54,879 nt of DNA from Nemertoderma westbladi. Its lineage: Eukaryota; Animalia; Xenacoelomorpha. Position 1 is the first letter of the stretch. The number at the start of each line of letters is the position of its first letter. The position numbers were made by a program, and so were the translations under genes. Location of the stretch: positions 1 through 54,879 of the forward strand of contig JAUCBJ010008993.1 of assembly GCA_032718475.1 (NCBI GenBank), read 5' to 3'. Positions 15,001 to 26,767 of this stretch are shown here, in pieces. A model generated the notes under the pieces. It searched no databases. It was not told the DNA's origin and saw only the letters and a list, made by a program, of their open reading frames with translations.

Positions 15001-16005
15001 GGCTGAAACGTACTGAACTAGTATCCTGTGATGGGTGGGAACTTACTAAACTAGTACCCTGTGATGGGCGGGAACGTACTGAACTAGTACCCTGGATGGG
15101 CGGGAACGTACTGAACTAGTACCCTGGATGGGCGGGAACGTACTGGACTAGTACCCTGGATGGGCGGGAACGTACTGGACTAGTACCATGTGTTGGGCTG
15201 GAACGTACTGAACTAGTACCCTGTGATGGGCGGGAACGTACTGGACTAGTACCCTGTGATGGGCGGGAACGTACTGAACAAGTACCCTGGATGGGTGGGA
15301 ACGTACTGGACTAGTACCCGGTGTTGGGCGGGAACGTACTGAACTAGTACCCTGGATCGGCGGGAACGTACTGGACTAGTACTCTGTGATGGGCTGGAAC
15401 GTACTGAACTAGTACCCTGGATGGGAGGGAACGTACTGAACTAGTACCCTGTGATGGACGGGAACGTCCTGAACTAGTACCCTGGATGGGCGGGAACGTA
15501 CTGAACTAGTACCCTGGATGGGCGGGAACGTACTGAACTAGTACCCAGGATGGGCGGGAACGTACCGGACTACTACCCTGGATGGGTGGGAATGTACTGA
15601 ACTAGTACCCTGTGATGGGTGGGAACGTACTGAACTAGTACCCTGTGATGGGTGGGAACTTACTGAACTAGTACCCTGTGATGGGTGGGAACGTACTGAA
15701 CTAGGACCCTGGATGGGCGGGAACGTGCTGAACTAGTACCCTGTCATGGGTGGGAACTTACTGAACTAGTACCCTGGATGGGCGGGAACGTACTGAACTA
15801 GTACCCTGTGATGGGTGGGAACGTACTGAACTAGTACCCTGTGATGGGTGGGAACTTACTGAACTAGTACCCTGTGATGGGCGGGAACGTACTGAACTAG
15901 TACCCTGTGATGTGTGGGAACGTACTGAACTAGTACCCTGGATGGGAGGGAACGTACTGAACTAGTACCCTGGATGGGCGGGGACGTACTGAACTAGTAG
16001 CCTGA
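1..16005. repeat. Tandem satellite/minisatellite array of 33/32/31-bp monomers with higher-order repeats; runs off the left edge of the window
   Basis: Monomers GAACTAGTACCCTGTGATGGGTGGGAACGTACT (33 bp) and GAACTAGTACCCTGGATGGGCGGGAACGTACT (32 bp), plus 31-bp variants. Identical ORFs recur at 9586/11617/13680 and near-identical ones at 89/4276. Confidence 0.99.
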
Positions 16006-16035
16006 CTTTATTATCGCTTCTTGTTTCTCCAATAG

Positions 16036-16306
16036 TCCGGACGCACCCGGTTACCAAGTTAAATCCAATGTTGCCAATAATGGAGACGGACTGGGTATGG
16101 GTCTAGGCGGTGACTTGGGACAACTGAGAGGTAACGATTTGGAGATCGGAGAAGGCGTTGAAGATATGATTAATCGTGAGGAAGAAAGAAGTGGAGGTGG
16201 TGAGACTGGGATAATGGCAGCGGGGATAGCGCTAAACGCAATAACGGTGATACTCTTATTGGTGTTCCTAATACTTCGTGTTTGTGCTACGAAAAACAAA
16301 CGCTGA
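16036..16306 (+). CDS. Probable terminal coding exon of a membrane protein with a C-terminal transmembrane helix and short basic tail
   Basis: Branch-like CTGAC (16002-16006), pyrimidine tract and AG (16034-16035). Open frame from 16037: PDAPGYQVKS...GIALNAITVILLLVFLILRVCATKNKR*. AATAAA near 16367. Confidence 0.7.
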
Positions 16307-17074
16307 GACAATATGATTTTTAGTAAAATATCGCGGATTACTTGAAAAAGTATTAGTTACTTGTAGAATAAATAAATATGTTTTTTTGAAGTGAGAAAAT
16401 GTGATAATTTTATATAAGATGGTATCTTTATGGAATACCTTACTCTTTGCGTTGTGATTAATAATTTTTTTACTTTTGACGATATGTAGAGCTTGAGTTG
16501 CAAAAACTACACATATAAAATGCCCGAAAGATTTTGAGAAATAGGGAGTATCTATCTAGCTGAGATATTGTTTTTTACATATCATTTTTGTTGAGTTCTC
16601 TTGGAAGCACGATACTTTGCAACAACTTACCACGTGTTCAATCGATGTGTCACTTATACTATTGGAGTTGTTGATCTTTTTAAGGTAATTCGTTCGAACT
16701 GACTTCAATCCTTTCCCAACGAATTCACACTTATTTCCGAATTTGCGAAATCCGGGACTCTCCCAGTAGTGTAGGACCTGGTGTTCCTCCTCTTTGCTTC
16801 AATTTATTTATCTGTATAAATATATAGTATATATAGTATATATGGTATATATATATATACATTAGTAGAATATTTTATGTGTTGCTGAAATTAATACAAA
16901 AGTTGTTGAAAACATTTGAATAATTAGATATAATCTCTATAATGTTTATCTATATTGTTTATATTTCATGATAAATTTTCTACAATAAATACAATGCACA
17001 CTACTATTCAAGCAGTTGTTAAAAAAATATAGTTCATAGAATGTAATGGAATGGGAGAATCTTTTAGGTTGATT

Positions 17075-17257
17075 ATTCATTAAGGCAGGGAATACATGGG
17101 CGATGTTCCGCGGTTCCCATTTATCCATCAGCCAAGATGAAAGACTGGGTGCGGCTGGGCTAGGCTGCATTTATTGCTGTGTTGCTCCGCCTACGGATGG
17201 AACCGGGACCTCCTGGATTGAAAGCCCACCGATGCCACCACTGGACCAAGCAGCCAC
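17075..17257 (-). mobile_element. tRNA-derived SINE, possibly with a Nin/Deu-like central domain
   Basis: Minus strand has A box TGGTCCAGTGG (17238-17248) and B-box-like GGTTCCATCC (17195-17204) in a tRNA-like head, then CCCAGTCTTTCATC...GATAAATGGGAACC, which resembles the Nin-domain consensus as I recall it. Confidence 0.6.
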
Positions 17258-18119
17258 TTAAATTGAATGTTATATTGAAATATTTAGGCCTATTCTATAT
17301 ATTAACTTATATATTAACTATAATGTTACTTATAACTAACGTAAAATAAAAATAAAGATAAACCTATGAATAGGGGCCTACACCACCGGCTTAGATTTTC
17401 AGACCATAGGCAGTCAGTTTTGCTCGAGAAGATTTAACCTTTGAAGGCCATTTATATAGAAAGCCATTTTTGAATTATTATGAAATTACTTCTCGTCCGC
17501 CATTTTTCAACCAATTTTCTTTATTATTGGCTCATTTGAAAGGGTTTCGTTAATTTTTTTTTTTAAGTTATTTGATGGATTTTGATCAATATTTCCATTT
17601 TGTGTAATCACCCTAGATTATTTTTTAAGAAAGTAATAATTAATTAAATTAATTAAATAACTTCTAAAGGCTAATTACAAATTCTATAAGATAATTTTTG
17701 TAGATTCGATGATAGCGCTGAGTCAAAAAAACTTGTTTCAGGAAATTTGTACTAAGATTGTGATTAAGTAGTGGTTTTAGTGAATTCTGTAATTCCGCCG
17801 CCAGCCGCTACGGGGAGCTGAGGTAGGTATACTAACATCTAACCCTAATTGACAGCCATTTTAAATAGAGTTTAGGGGTGTTCCATCCTAATCCCCCCCC
17901 CCCCCCCCCCCCCCTACCACACCCAAATGGACTTTTTTTTTATTTATCAACCAACCTCATCTATCTGCACTTTACAGTCTTTCTTTAGATCGTAAACCGT
18001 ACCAGATGTTATAGTAATCTTCTCTGCAAGATCTTTTACAATTTCCTTTAAATACCGCTGATGGAAGGCATCAAAACTTTTTGGCGGAACCTTTAAGATA
18101 TAAGTAAAAATACAGAATA

Positions 18120-18510
18120 CCCAAGGGACTCTAATTCCTCATCCGTTCCAAATGGGACTTTATTTCCTCATTGGCTCCATAAGGTACGTAAGCACCTCAC
18201 ACGTTCCTTAATGAACTTAAGGTCTTCATCCATTGCATAATATACTGTAACTCAGTACCATACCAGTTCTACTTCAATACTCGTTCCATAAGTTGCTTAA
18301 TTTCTTTACCCATCCCATAAGGTACTATAGATATCACCCGTTCCATTGGGCAGGCCTACTTAAAGTTCAATACCAGTTGCATAACATAACGTAATTAAGT
18401 TACTCTCTACTTGCACAAAGTACTTAAATTCCTCAACTATTCCACAAGATACATAATTTCCTATCCCATCCCGAAAGTTTACTTAAGATACTCACCCGTT
18501 CCATAAGGTA
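18120..18510. repeat. Degenerate ~28-29 bp tandem array
   Basis: Recurring variants of TACTTAA-TTCCTCA-CCCGTTCCATAAGG. Confidence 0.55.
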
Positions 18511-18829
18511 TATGTGTTTCTCCGGTTTCTCCAAACTAATCTTTGGTTGGGACACCTTACAAAGGGCGTTAGTTGTCGGGCAACTCGAATCGTCGGCGAT
18601 GAACGATAGCCTCCGTTGTCGTACCAGAGATTGGGAGCGAACATAAGAAAGAACTTCATTATCCATATCTAACTTAGAGAACTACTCTCAGAGTTTATGT
18701 TGAATAGTCAATATAAATCACTTATTGAAATCACTTTTCTACTAACGATAATATAGTGAGGTATTGCACAAGGAAGTGAGCAATGTGTGATGTCATATCA
18801 GATATGTACTGTATGATTAACATTTTTAA

Positions 18830-19700
18830 TAGGAATGGCCCACTGAAATCACCCACCCCACCTGAAGGAGGCTATTTCCTACATTCCAGCCAGGGCCATT
18901 CGGGTCTTTAATGCACCAAACTGTATAGGAAAGGTCCCTCCCGCTGTCTCTCCCCTCTTTTGTGGACCTCTCTCCTTCCTTGTAAGAATAAGGATGGTGA
19001 GCTGCATCCTATTGCTGTTAGTGAGACCCTCTGTAGGCTGACCTCCAAGACCATCATCCACTGCGAATCCAGCAGCCGCGAACTTCCTGCCCCACCCCTC
19101 CAGGTTGACCACTTTCAGAACTCCTCTACCCTCTACCCTATTGAGAACATCTCTATCTTGGGCGATAGCAGGCGGACCCTGTTTGTTGATTTCAACAATG
19201 ATTATTTCAACAAGGTTTGAAGAAATAAGGAAAAGGTCCCTGGCATATCTGCCTAGACGGACGCTTGTTAAGGGCAACAGCCATATTCTCAGCTGCTGTG
19301 AGGTTCAGCAGGGTGACCCACTTGGCACTTTGGGGTTTGCCATCACCCTACCCTACACCCATTGGTAGAACTGATCAGGGTGATAATCCCCAACGTGGTC
19401 ATTTGGATGATGTTCCCCTCCTTGGTTCCCCAAGCTTGACACTAGTCTCCGCTTTGCAGGACATTGCTTTCGCCGTGAGGACCAACCAGCAACCAGTGCA
19501 TAATCTAGTACTTTGGCACCCTCATGGAGTGAATAAGCTTGGTGGACAGCCCATGACTTTCTTGCGACGCATCTTAAAAGGACACAGGGCACTGGATGCG
19601 GATGATCTAGCAAATGTCATGGGTGATAGGGAGTTGTGGCGGCGCAATTTTGTCGACACGCCGGCATAGCATTCTTAAAAATGCAGCTGAAATGCAGCAT
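18830..19700 (+). pseudogene. Decayed non-LTR retrotransposon reverse transcriptase, CRE-like clade
   Basis: Frameshifted RT motifs in the expected order: DGELHPIAVSETLCRLTSK (cf. RPIAVGE.LRRL), VDFNNDYFNKV (cf. DFSNAFN), VQQGDPLG, HLDD (cf. YLDD). Confidence 0.8.
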
Positions 19701-21955
19701 GTCGATCCTAGTAGTAGCTCGTCTCTCAGACTTGCAGGACTCAGATGGGGAGACCGCCGTTCTCAATTCTCCGCATGTCTATACCACCCCAGGGTTGTAT
19801 TTTGCCCCGGGGGCACTTTTGTCCGACCTGGTTGGAGGTCCCCTCTCCCACTCCTTCGACCTCCATGGGAAGCTTGGGGGTTACCCAATGCTACTACCGA
19901 CGCGTCAGTTGATTATGTTGCATTTGATTTCCAGGTGGCGTCTTGTATCCCACATCAAATCCCACCACCACGAGAATCCCCATCCTCAACCCGCTATCAC
20001 CTCCGGTTCACTGTATTGTATTATATTTAAATCAGATCGCATGGGATTGTTAAGCCGTATACTCTAAATAAATGTGAGCTGTGCGGATATGTTTGTATAG
20101 CAATTTCCTTTTACAATAATTAAAAATATGCCAGTAGTTTATCCTTAAAAAATACCTGCCTGCGAATAAGTCGAAATGAGAGAAAATTTTAACTTTCAGG
20201 TATGACCGGTATTTCTCAGGAATTCGGAGACAAATTGTATATTTCCCCTTACTCCTTACTTAGCCCTTAGCTGTAGGCCTATTCGGTAATTGATACTATA
20301 CTGGCTGGTGTCTGCAGTGCAGTGGTTTCTCAGTCAAACTGAAACGTTTGGTAACCTTATTTTATTCGAATATCCCCCTAACCCTGCCTGCCTGTAACAA
20401 CCAGTCTTCCACTACCGGTATCAGAGCCAACAACAGTAATATCTATTGTCTAATTCTGTAATTGGTTAGAGATCCTCCACGTCACTTCACTATCCTGTAT
20501 TATGCAGTTCTTTCATTGATTACTGGATTATGTCTCTGTATTGTTAATTTTATTTATTATTCGTGAACCGGGTAGATACACCACACGGCACACGCTTCCC
20601 CCTTCAGCCCTTTCTGCCTTTTATCAATTATACGCCTAACCAGAAGCCAGACAACATGGGCCGTGCCGTAGCGCGTAGCGTAAGGACGTAACCCGACTAA
20701 CGGAATGTTCTTGTGCTGTTGTGTGTCGAGTATCGGAAGAAAGAAATAAATATGTTAAATGTCGTCACACAGGCCTATCTGATTATTGACATAACATAGC
20801 AGCATATAGTCAGATAGTACAGTAGTACCGCTACCCGTACTGTAGTACATACAGACATAAGCAGATTTTCTGCAGAAGGAAGAGCTATGCCTGTATGCCA
20901 CCGGTATACAGGTATATGTCTGTATGTCAGTACCGTGATATGTTTGTTTCGTGAATCATTTGTTTTGAAGTTCAGAAGTTTGAAATGAATTTCACATTTT
21001 TCAGCAAACATATTAGCGTATAACTGTGTATAATAGGCGAACAGGCTTACTATTGCACCATTCAGCCATTTACTGTAATACAATACAGTAATCAGGTAAT
21101 ATAACCTAATATTCATATTCAATCCTATATGAGGATGTGGATATAGGCATATCCCTTATGTAAGAGGGGCTTATGTAAGATATATTTTTAATACCTAATA
21201 CAGTACTAATTAATAGTTTTTATTTTAATGTTATGCAAGAAATATTTGTTCACGATTATTAAAAGAATGATATCCTGCATTAGGGTACTGAATAAATTGT
21301 ATAGGCCTAATATATTTCAGTCCGTGGCCCGTGGCCCTAATTTTTTATTATTTTATGCTAGAAATGTAAATATTCATAGGCCTACACTATTGTTATTTTA
21401 TTTGATACTTTTGTAGCTTCACGGTTTAATTATTACTTTATTCAAGAATTATATTTTTTAAAGTGGACGTGGAACGGCTCTAACCTATAAATCACATCTG
21501 ATTTTTAATATTATTAAGCACCAAATTTTTTATTACCTTGGTAGTTTATGCAAGAAATGTAAATACATATTTTATTGTCTATTTATCTGTTTATGTAAAC
21601 GTAATCTCAATCTCATATTGTAAATATTGTACTTTTATATCTGGAACAAGCAACGGGGAACAAGTCGGAAACAATGTTCGCCTTAAGATAAGAGGCTATC
21701 CCCCCCGGTGCGCAATGTATGTCATCTTTGTTTGTGTTATTTAATTGTGTTATTTTATTGTTCATTTTAATTTTAATGTTAAACTTTGAGCACCATTAAA
21801 CCAATACCAAATACTGATGTAGGTTAATCAGTCTACAGTCTATAATCATTCATTACCGGTATCCGGTACGGTATTTTTCGTTTTTTTTTTTATTCTTCCT
21901 GTCAGGCTTCAGCTCAGCCTGTGTCTGCTGCAATGCAGTTGCAATAGCTGAATAG

Positions 21956-22024
21956 GTAGGTGTGTAGGTACCGTTAACCTAATTTGAATTTACTTCAATT
22001 GTCAATTGCTTTTTCTTCATCCAG
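21956..22024 (+). other. Putative 5'-UTR intron of GANAB
   Basis: GTAGGT donor, CCTAAT branch site, TTTTCTTCATCCAG acceptor 13 nt before the ATG. A further acceptor (poly-T...CTGTCAG) ends at 21905. Confidence 0.5.
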
Positions 22025-22037
22025 GCCACAGGCCATC

Positions 22038-24977
22038 ATGGTTATTATGATTCCGCGATTCTCATTTATCGTTTTCTCTTCATTCTTAATTTGCTCGCCA
22101 CTTTTCGCCGTCGACAAATCAAACTTTAAAACCTGCGAACAAAGTGGTTTCTGTAAACGGCATCGTGCTATCCCGCCCAACGAATCACCCTACGTCGCTC
22201 ACATAGACAACGCAGTGGTTACCCGATACGGTTTCTACGTTCCGCTAGAGAACAAAGTGAGTAACATTGTGCTAAACCTAACCGTTACAGGACTGGAGGG
22301 GCCCGCGTTCAGAGTTCGGATAGACGAGTTTATGCCGTTACGGCCTCGATACGAACCCGAAGATGTTCTTGTTCGCGATCCTATTAAACGTCGAACTGAG
22401 TTCGAGAAGAATTCCCCGACTCGCGCGACGCTTACTATGAACCGGTACAAGGTGATTCTATACGGGGATCCTTTCTCGCTGTCAATTCTGGAGGCCAACG
22501 AGGCTGTTATGACGATAAACTCCCGAGGTTTATTTAAGTTCGAGCATTCGCGAGTACGAGGGGCGTCTAGGACGGTCTCCGAATCGGAGACCTCTAGTGG
22601 GGGAGCGGTGCAATGGTTAAAGGATAAAATATATGGGAGTGAGAAAGAGGGAGACGAGGGGAGCGAGGTGGGAGAAGGGAGCGAAGTAGTAGAGGAGGAG
22701 GTGGGAACACCGGAGGTTGTAGATGAGGTTAATGAAACTCCTACAGACACAGTAGAAGAGCCTGACCAATGGGAGGAGACCTTTAAGTCTCACACAGACT
22801 CCAAACCGAACGGGCCGACTTCCGTTGGGCTGGACGTCAACTTTATGGGTTTCCGAAACGTCTACGGAATCCCGGAGCACGCCGATTCACTGTCGCTACG
22901 GACAACCACCGGCGGCGACCCCTACCGACTCTACAACCTCGACGTGTTTGAGTACGAGGTTAACAACCCGATGGCCTTGTACGGCTCCATCCCGTTTATG
23001 ATCGGCCACAGCGTGCGGCACAGTCTCGGCCTGTTCTGGCTGAACGCGGCCGAGACTTGGGTCGACATCGAACGCTCCGAGGATTCCGCCTCCATCCTGT
23101 CCCGGGTGGCCAGCGCGGTAACGGGTTCGACCCCGGGGGGCGCTGGCGTCCCTTCAGTAGCGACCCATTGGTTCAGCGAGTCAGGGATTATCGACATGTT
23201 CGTACTGCTGGGCCCGCAACCTCGCCAGGTGTTCCGGCAGTACGCGGTGCTCACCGGAACCGCACCGGTGCCGCCGCTGTTTGCCATCGCCTACCACCAG
23301 TGCCGGTGGAACTACATCGACCAGACGGACGTCGCGGAAGTCAACGAGAACTTCGACGTTCACGACATCCCGTGCGACGTGATCTGGTTGGACATCGACC
23401 ACACGGACGGACGGCGCTACTTAACCTGGGATTCCCGGAAGTTTCCGGAGCCGGAAGCGATGATCGCGAACGTGTCGCGTTGCGGACGCCGGATGGTGAC
23501 CCTGGTGGACCCGCACATAAAGAAGGACTCCGGGTACAAAGTCTACCAAGAGTCGTCGGCGCAGAACGGGTTCCTCGTGCGGAACAAGGACGGAACGCCG
23601 TACGAGAACTGGTGCTGGCCCGGAACCTCCATCTGGTTGGACTACATCAACCCAGCGGTGCGTCAATGGTGGGCCTCCTTGTTCTCCACTAATTACTATA
23701 AAGGTTCAACTCTGGATTTATTTACTTGGAACGATATGAATGAACCGAGCGTGTTTAACGGGCCGGAAGTGACCATGCACAAGGACGCGGTGCACCACGG
23801 GGGTTGGGAACACCGGGACGTTCACAACCTGTATGGAATGGCGATGCAGCGGGCCACGGCGGAGGGGCTGGTGCAACGGAGCGGCGGGAAGCTGCGACCC
23901 TTCGTACTGAGTCGCGCCTTCTACGCGGGCAGCCAGCGGTACGGGGCCGTGTGGACGGGGGACAACTCGGCCACCTGGGAGCACCTCGCGCTCACAGGGC
24001 CCATGCTGCTCGCGATCGGGGTCGCGGGAGTGCCGCTGGCCGGCGCCGACGTCGGGGGGTTCTTCGGCAACCCCGAGGAGGAGCTGCTGGTCCGCTGGTA
24101 CCAGGCCGCCGCCTACCAGCCCTTCTTCCGGGCCCACGCGCACCACGACACGCGGCGTCGGGAGCCCTGGACGCTGCGAGAGGCGGCCAATAGGGAGCGA
24201 GTCCGCGCCGCTATACGGGCGCGCTACGCCCTGCTGCCCTACTGGTACACGACGTTCTACCGGAACCACGCGAGCGGGGACCTAGTGATGCGCCCCCTAT
24301 GGGCCGAGTTCCCCGACGATTCGAAGACCTTCGATATGGACCGCGCCTGGATGGTGGGGCCCGCCTTGCTGGTTCAACCAGTAGTCGCTAAGGGCGTCAC
24401 GCAGGTCTCCGTCTACCTCCCCGGTGTCCATAAAACTATTTGGTACGACGCCGCGAACTGGATTAGTTACACCTCCCCGACGACGGTTGTTTACCCTGTC
24501 ACTATGGATACCGTTCCGTTGTTTATTAAGGGAGGAACGATTGTTCCGAGTCGCGAGCGCGTGCGGCGTTCCTCCGCGTTGGGGCTCGAGGATCCGTTCA
24601 CGTTGTTGGTCGCGTTGAACGCGGCTGGGTTCGCCGTGGGGGAGGTCTACATGGACGACGGACGCACGACGGCCAACGTGGTGGACGATCGCTACTCGTT
24701 GCGTAGTCTGCGGTTCGGTGCGGGCGCGTTGCGGTGCGTGTCCGGGGACGGGGGGCGGGGCGTGGGCGAGTTCGGGGCCCCCGTAGAGCGGGTCGTCATC
24801 CTGGGAGTGGGCGCGGCTCCCAGGGGAGTCACCGTGTCCCTGTTGGGAGCCGACGGGGCCGCCAAGCCGTCCAGCTCCCAGCTGGAGTTCGAGTACTTGG
24901 GAGGGACTAAGGCGGTGATCGTGAGGAAGCCTTGGGTGTCTATTGGGGCCGACTGGGAGCTGCGGTTAGTCTCGTAG
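22038..24977 (+). CDS. GANAB: Neutral alpha-glucosidase AB / ER glucosidase II alpha subunit (GH31), single coding exon
   Basis: Signal peptide followed by VDKSNFKTCEQSGFCKRHR; PYRLYNLDVFEY; HQCRWNY; catalytic WNDMNEPS and WTGDN; FFRAHAH. First in-frame ATG is 22038 (the ORF track uses an upstream TTG). Confidence 0.97.
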   Translation: MVIMIPRFSFIVFSSFLICSPLFAVDKSNFKTCEQSGFCKRHRAIPPNESPYVAHIDNAVVTRYGFYVPLENKVSNIVLNLTVTGLEGPAFRVRIDEFMPLRPRYEPEDVLVRDPIKRRTEFEKNSPTRATLTMNRYKVILYGDPFSLSILEANEAVMTINSRGLFKFEHSRVRGASRTVSESETSSGGAVQWLKDKIYGSEKEGDEGSEVGEGSEVVEEEVGTPEVVDEVNETPTDTVEEPDQWEETFKSHTDSKPNGPTSVGLDVNFMGFRNVYGIPEHADSLSLRTTTGGDPYRLYNLDVFEYEVNNPMALYGSIPFMIGHSVRHSLGLFWLNAAETWVDIERSEDSASILSRVASAVTGSTPGGAGVPSVATHWFSESGIIDMFVLLGPQPRQVFRQYAVLTGTAPVPPLFAIAYHQCRWNYIDQTDVAEVNENFDVHDIPCDVIWLDIDHTDGRRYLTWDSRKFPEPEAMIANVSRCGRRMVTLVDPHIKKDSGYKVYQESSAQNGFLVRNKDGTPYENWCWPGTSIWLDYINPAVRQWWASLFSTNYYKGSTLDLFTWNDMNEPSVFNGPEVTMHKDAVHHGGWEHRDVHNLYGMAMQRATAEGLVQRSGGKLRPFVLSRAFYAGSQRYGAVWTGDNSATWEHLALTGPMLLAIGVAGVPLAGADVGGFFGNPEEELLVRWYQAAAYQPFFRAHAHHDTRRREPWTLREAANRERVRAAIRARYALLPYWYTTFYRNHASGDLVMRPLWAEFPDDSKTFDMDRAWMVGPALLVQPVVAKGVTQVSVYLPGVHKTIWYDAANWISYTSPTTVVYPVTMDTVPLFIKGGTIVPSRERVRRSSALGLEDPFTLLVALNAAGFAVGEVYMDDGRTTANVVDDRYSLRSLRFGAGALRCVSGDGGRGVGEFGAPVERVVILGVGAAPRGVTVSLLGADGAAKPSSSQLEFEYLGGTKAVIVRKPWVSIGADWELRLVS

Positions 24978-25883
24978 ACAGACAGTCTACAGCCGCCGTC
25001 TCTCTCAATGACTTACCCTTATATGCAGTAATTTCCAGCAGAATATTTTGGTACTTGACGTTCCGGTTTAATGATGATTACAATTTTTAGATTCACAAAT
25101 TAATGCTATTATAGACTGGAATTTATCTGCCCCATCCCCGTCGTGGCGTTGTTAACTTATTTTTCTTGGAACTCGAATTGGTTTGTTTGTTTATTTTACT
25201 CAACTAATGCAGTGATTCCGCTCTACCCTTTTCTATATTTAGCGAAAGCAATTAAGAATTTATTATAAAGTTCAGCTTACAATTTATTGTAAGCTGATTA
25301 TTATATTTTTTAATAAATATTTTATCGTTATGGTGGTGTTATAAAACTGCTGAACCAGTTTCTCTCCAACTTTTTGGGTTGTGCTTGTGCAGTTTCCTAT
25401 CATATTCTAGTCGATTTTTCAATAAAAATATTTCGTTAAAAAAGTAAGTCTCACAAAACAGTTATCGGATTAGGAATCCTCGCTACGCCATATCCCGATC
25501 TGTACCAACATATCACCTCAATTACAAATAATTTATGCGGTGTAACTGATCCATTTTCGACGGAGACACCTTTTTCCGACGCTTGTAGCTAAAAATTGCA
25601 AGTGAACATGGCAGTGAATTCTGTGACCAATCTATATTTGTATCAGATTGTTTGCTATCTCATTAAGATTTGTATAAAAATTAGATGGGGCGGGGGGGGG
25701 GGGGGTCGCTGAATTAGCACTTCTGGGACATAGTGGAGTTTATTGTTAAACATCCTGAGCAAGATCTATGCGAGAATGCTTAAGCTACTACCTCTATAGC
25801 CATCTGTATCATCTCTGGTAGTGTTATGTTACCAAGTCCCTTTACCTTTAATCGTCCTTATCTTCCGATTACAATATTATATA

Positions 25884-26030
25884 ATTTACAATCCGTTGGA
25901 ATGTCACACTTTGATTTACAATCCGTTGAAATGTCTCACTTTGATTTACAATCCGTTGGAATGTCACACTTTGATTTACAATCCGTTGAAATGTCTCACT
26001 TTGATTTACAATCCGTTGGAATGTCTCACT
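25884..26030. repeat. 30-bp minisatellite, about 5 copies, two alternating variants
   Basis: ATTTACAATCCGTTG(G/A)AATGTC(A/T)CACTTTG. Confidence 0.95.
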
Positions 26031-26367
26031 GCTATGGTTTATATGTCGGTGTCGTATAGGTTCAAGTCGTTCAGTCTTTGCGGCAAAAAGTTCAATTCTT
26101 TATATACCGGTAATGCATTTCCCCAATCTACGGTGAATTGTGCTTATCAACTAACTATAATCTATTAATGATCTACTGATATTATCTGAATGATTTTTTT
26201 ATTCATAAAGGTTTGTTTCACACAACATAGAGATGAGAACATATAGATATCATTTATGATTTATTTGAGAACATTTTACAAAAATTGAAACAGTATTTTA
26301 GAACAAATGAGGTATTGAAGTACCTCGGAGATTACAGTAGAAAGTATACAGTTACCGGTCGCAGTAC

Positions 26368-26767
26368 GGTACGCAGCAAACTTCCCCCGCGAGAAAGCTT
26401 CGCCCGAGCAATCTTCGCCCTAAAAATGAGCAACTATCGCCCGGCGGAAACCTTCGCCCGCAGTCAATCTTCGCCCGCGAGCAACCTTCGCCCAATAAAC
26501 AATTATTGTTTTGGATAGAAAAAGCCCTCTCAGTAACCGGCTCCTTTCCCTCAATTACTAACACCACCGTTTATTGTTTTGGTTAGAAAAAGCAGTCTCT
26601 GTAACCTGCTCCTTTCCCTCAATTTGTTACTAAAATGGCTACTAACACAAATCGTATTGGGCGAAGGTTGCTCGCGGGCGAAAATTATCCTTGCGGGCTG
26701 AAGGTTGTCCCCGGGCGAAGATAAGACGCGGGCGAAGGTTGTACGCGGGCGAAGATTGCGCCCAACC
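26368..26767. mobile_element. MITE with long internally repetitive inverted repeats and an 8-bp TSD (Merlin-like)
   Basis: CGCAGTAC duplicated at 26360-26367 and 26768-26775. Termini GGT...ACC. Arrays of CTTCGCCC on the left mirror GGGCGAAG on the right. Confidence 0.85.

Noticed and set aside
1-16005. CRISPR array, or a repetitive protein (ELVPCDGWERT)n
   Set aside because: There are no unique spacers. The 32- and 31-bp monomers shift the frame constantly into stop-containing frames, so the short ORFs are by-products.
16631-16811. Minus-strand exon with AG and GTAAGT boundaries
   Set aside because: Stops in all three frames and no recognisable homology; a short terminal or non-coding exon cannot be excluded.
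17185-17257. Functional tRNA gene
   Set aside because: Stems pair poorly, the B box is degenerate and it continues into a SINE-like body.
21984-22037. N-terminal extension of GANAB from a TTG start
   Set aside because: It lies mostly in a putative intron; the ATG at 22038 or 22047 gives a normal signal peptide.
22235-24618. Overlapping and antisense ORFs within GANAB
   Set aside because: Shadow ORFs of a GC-rich coding sequence.
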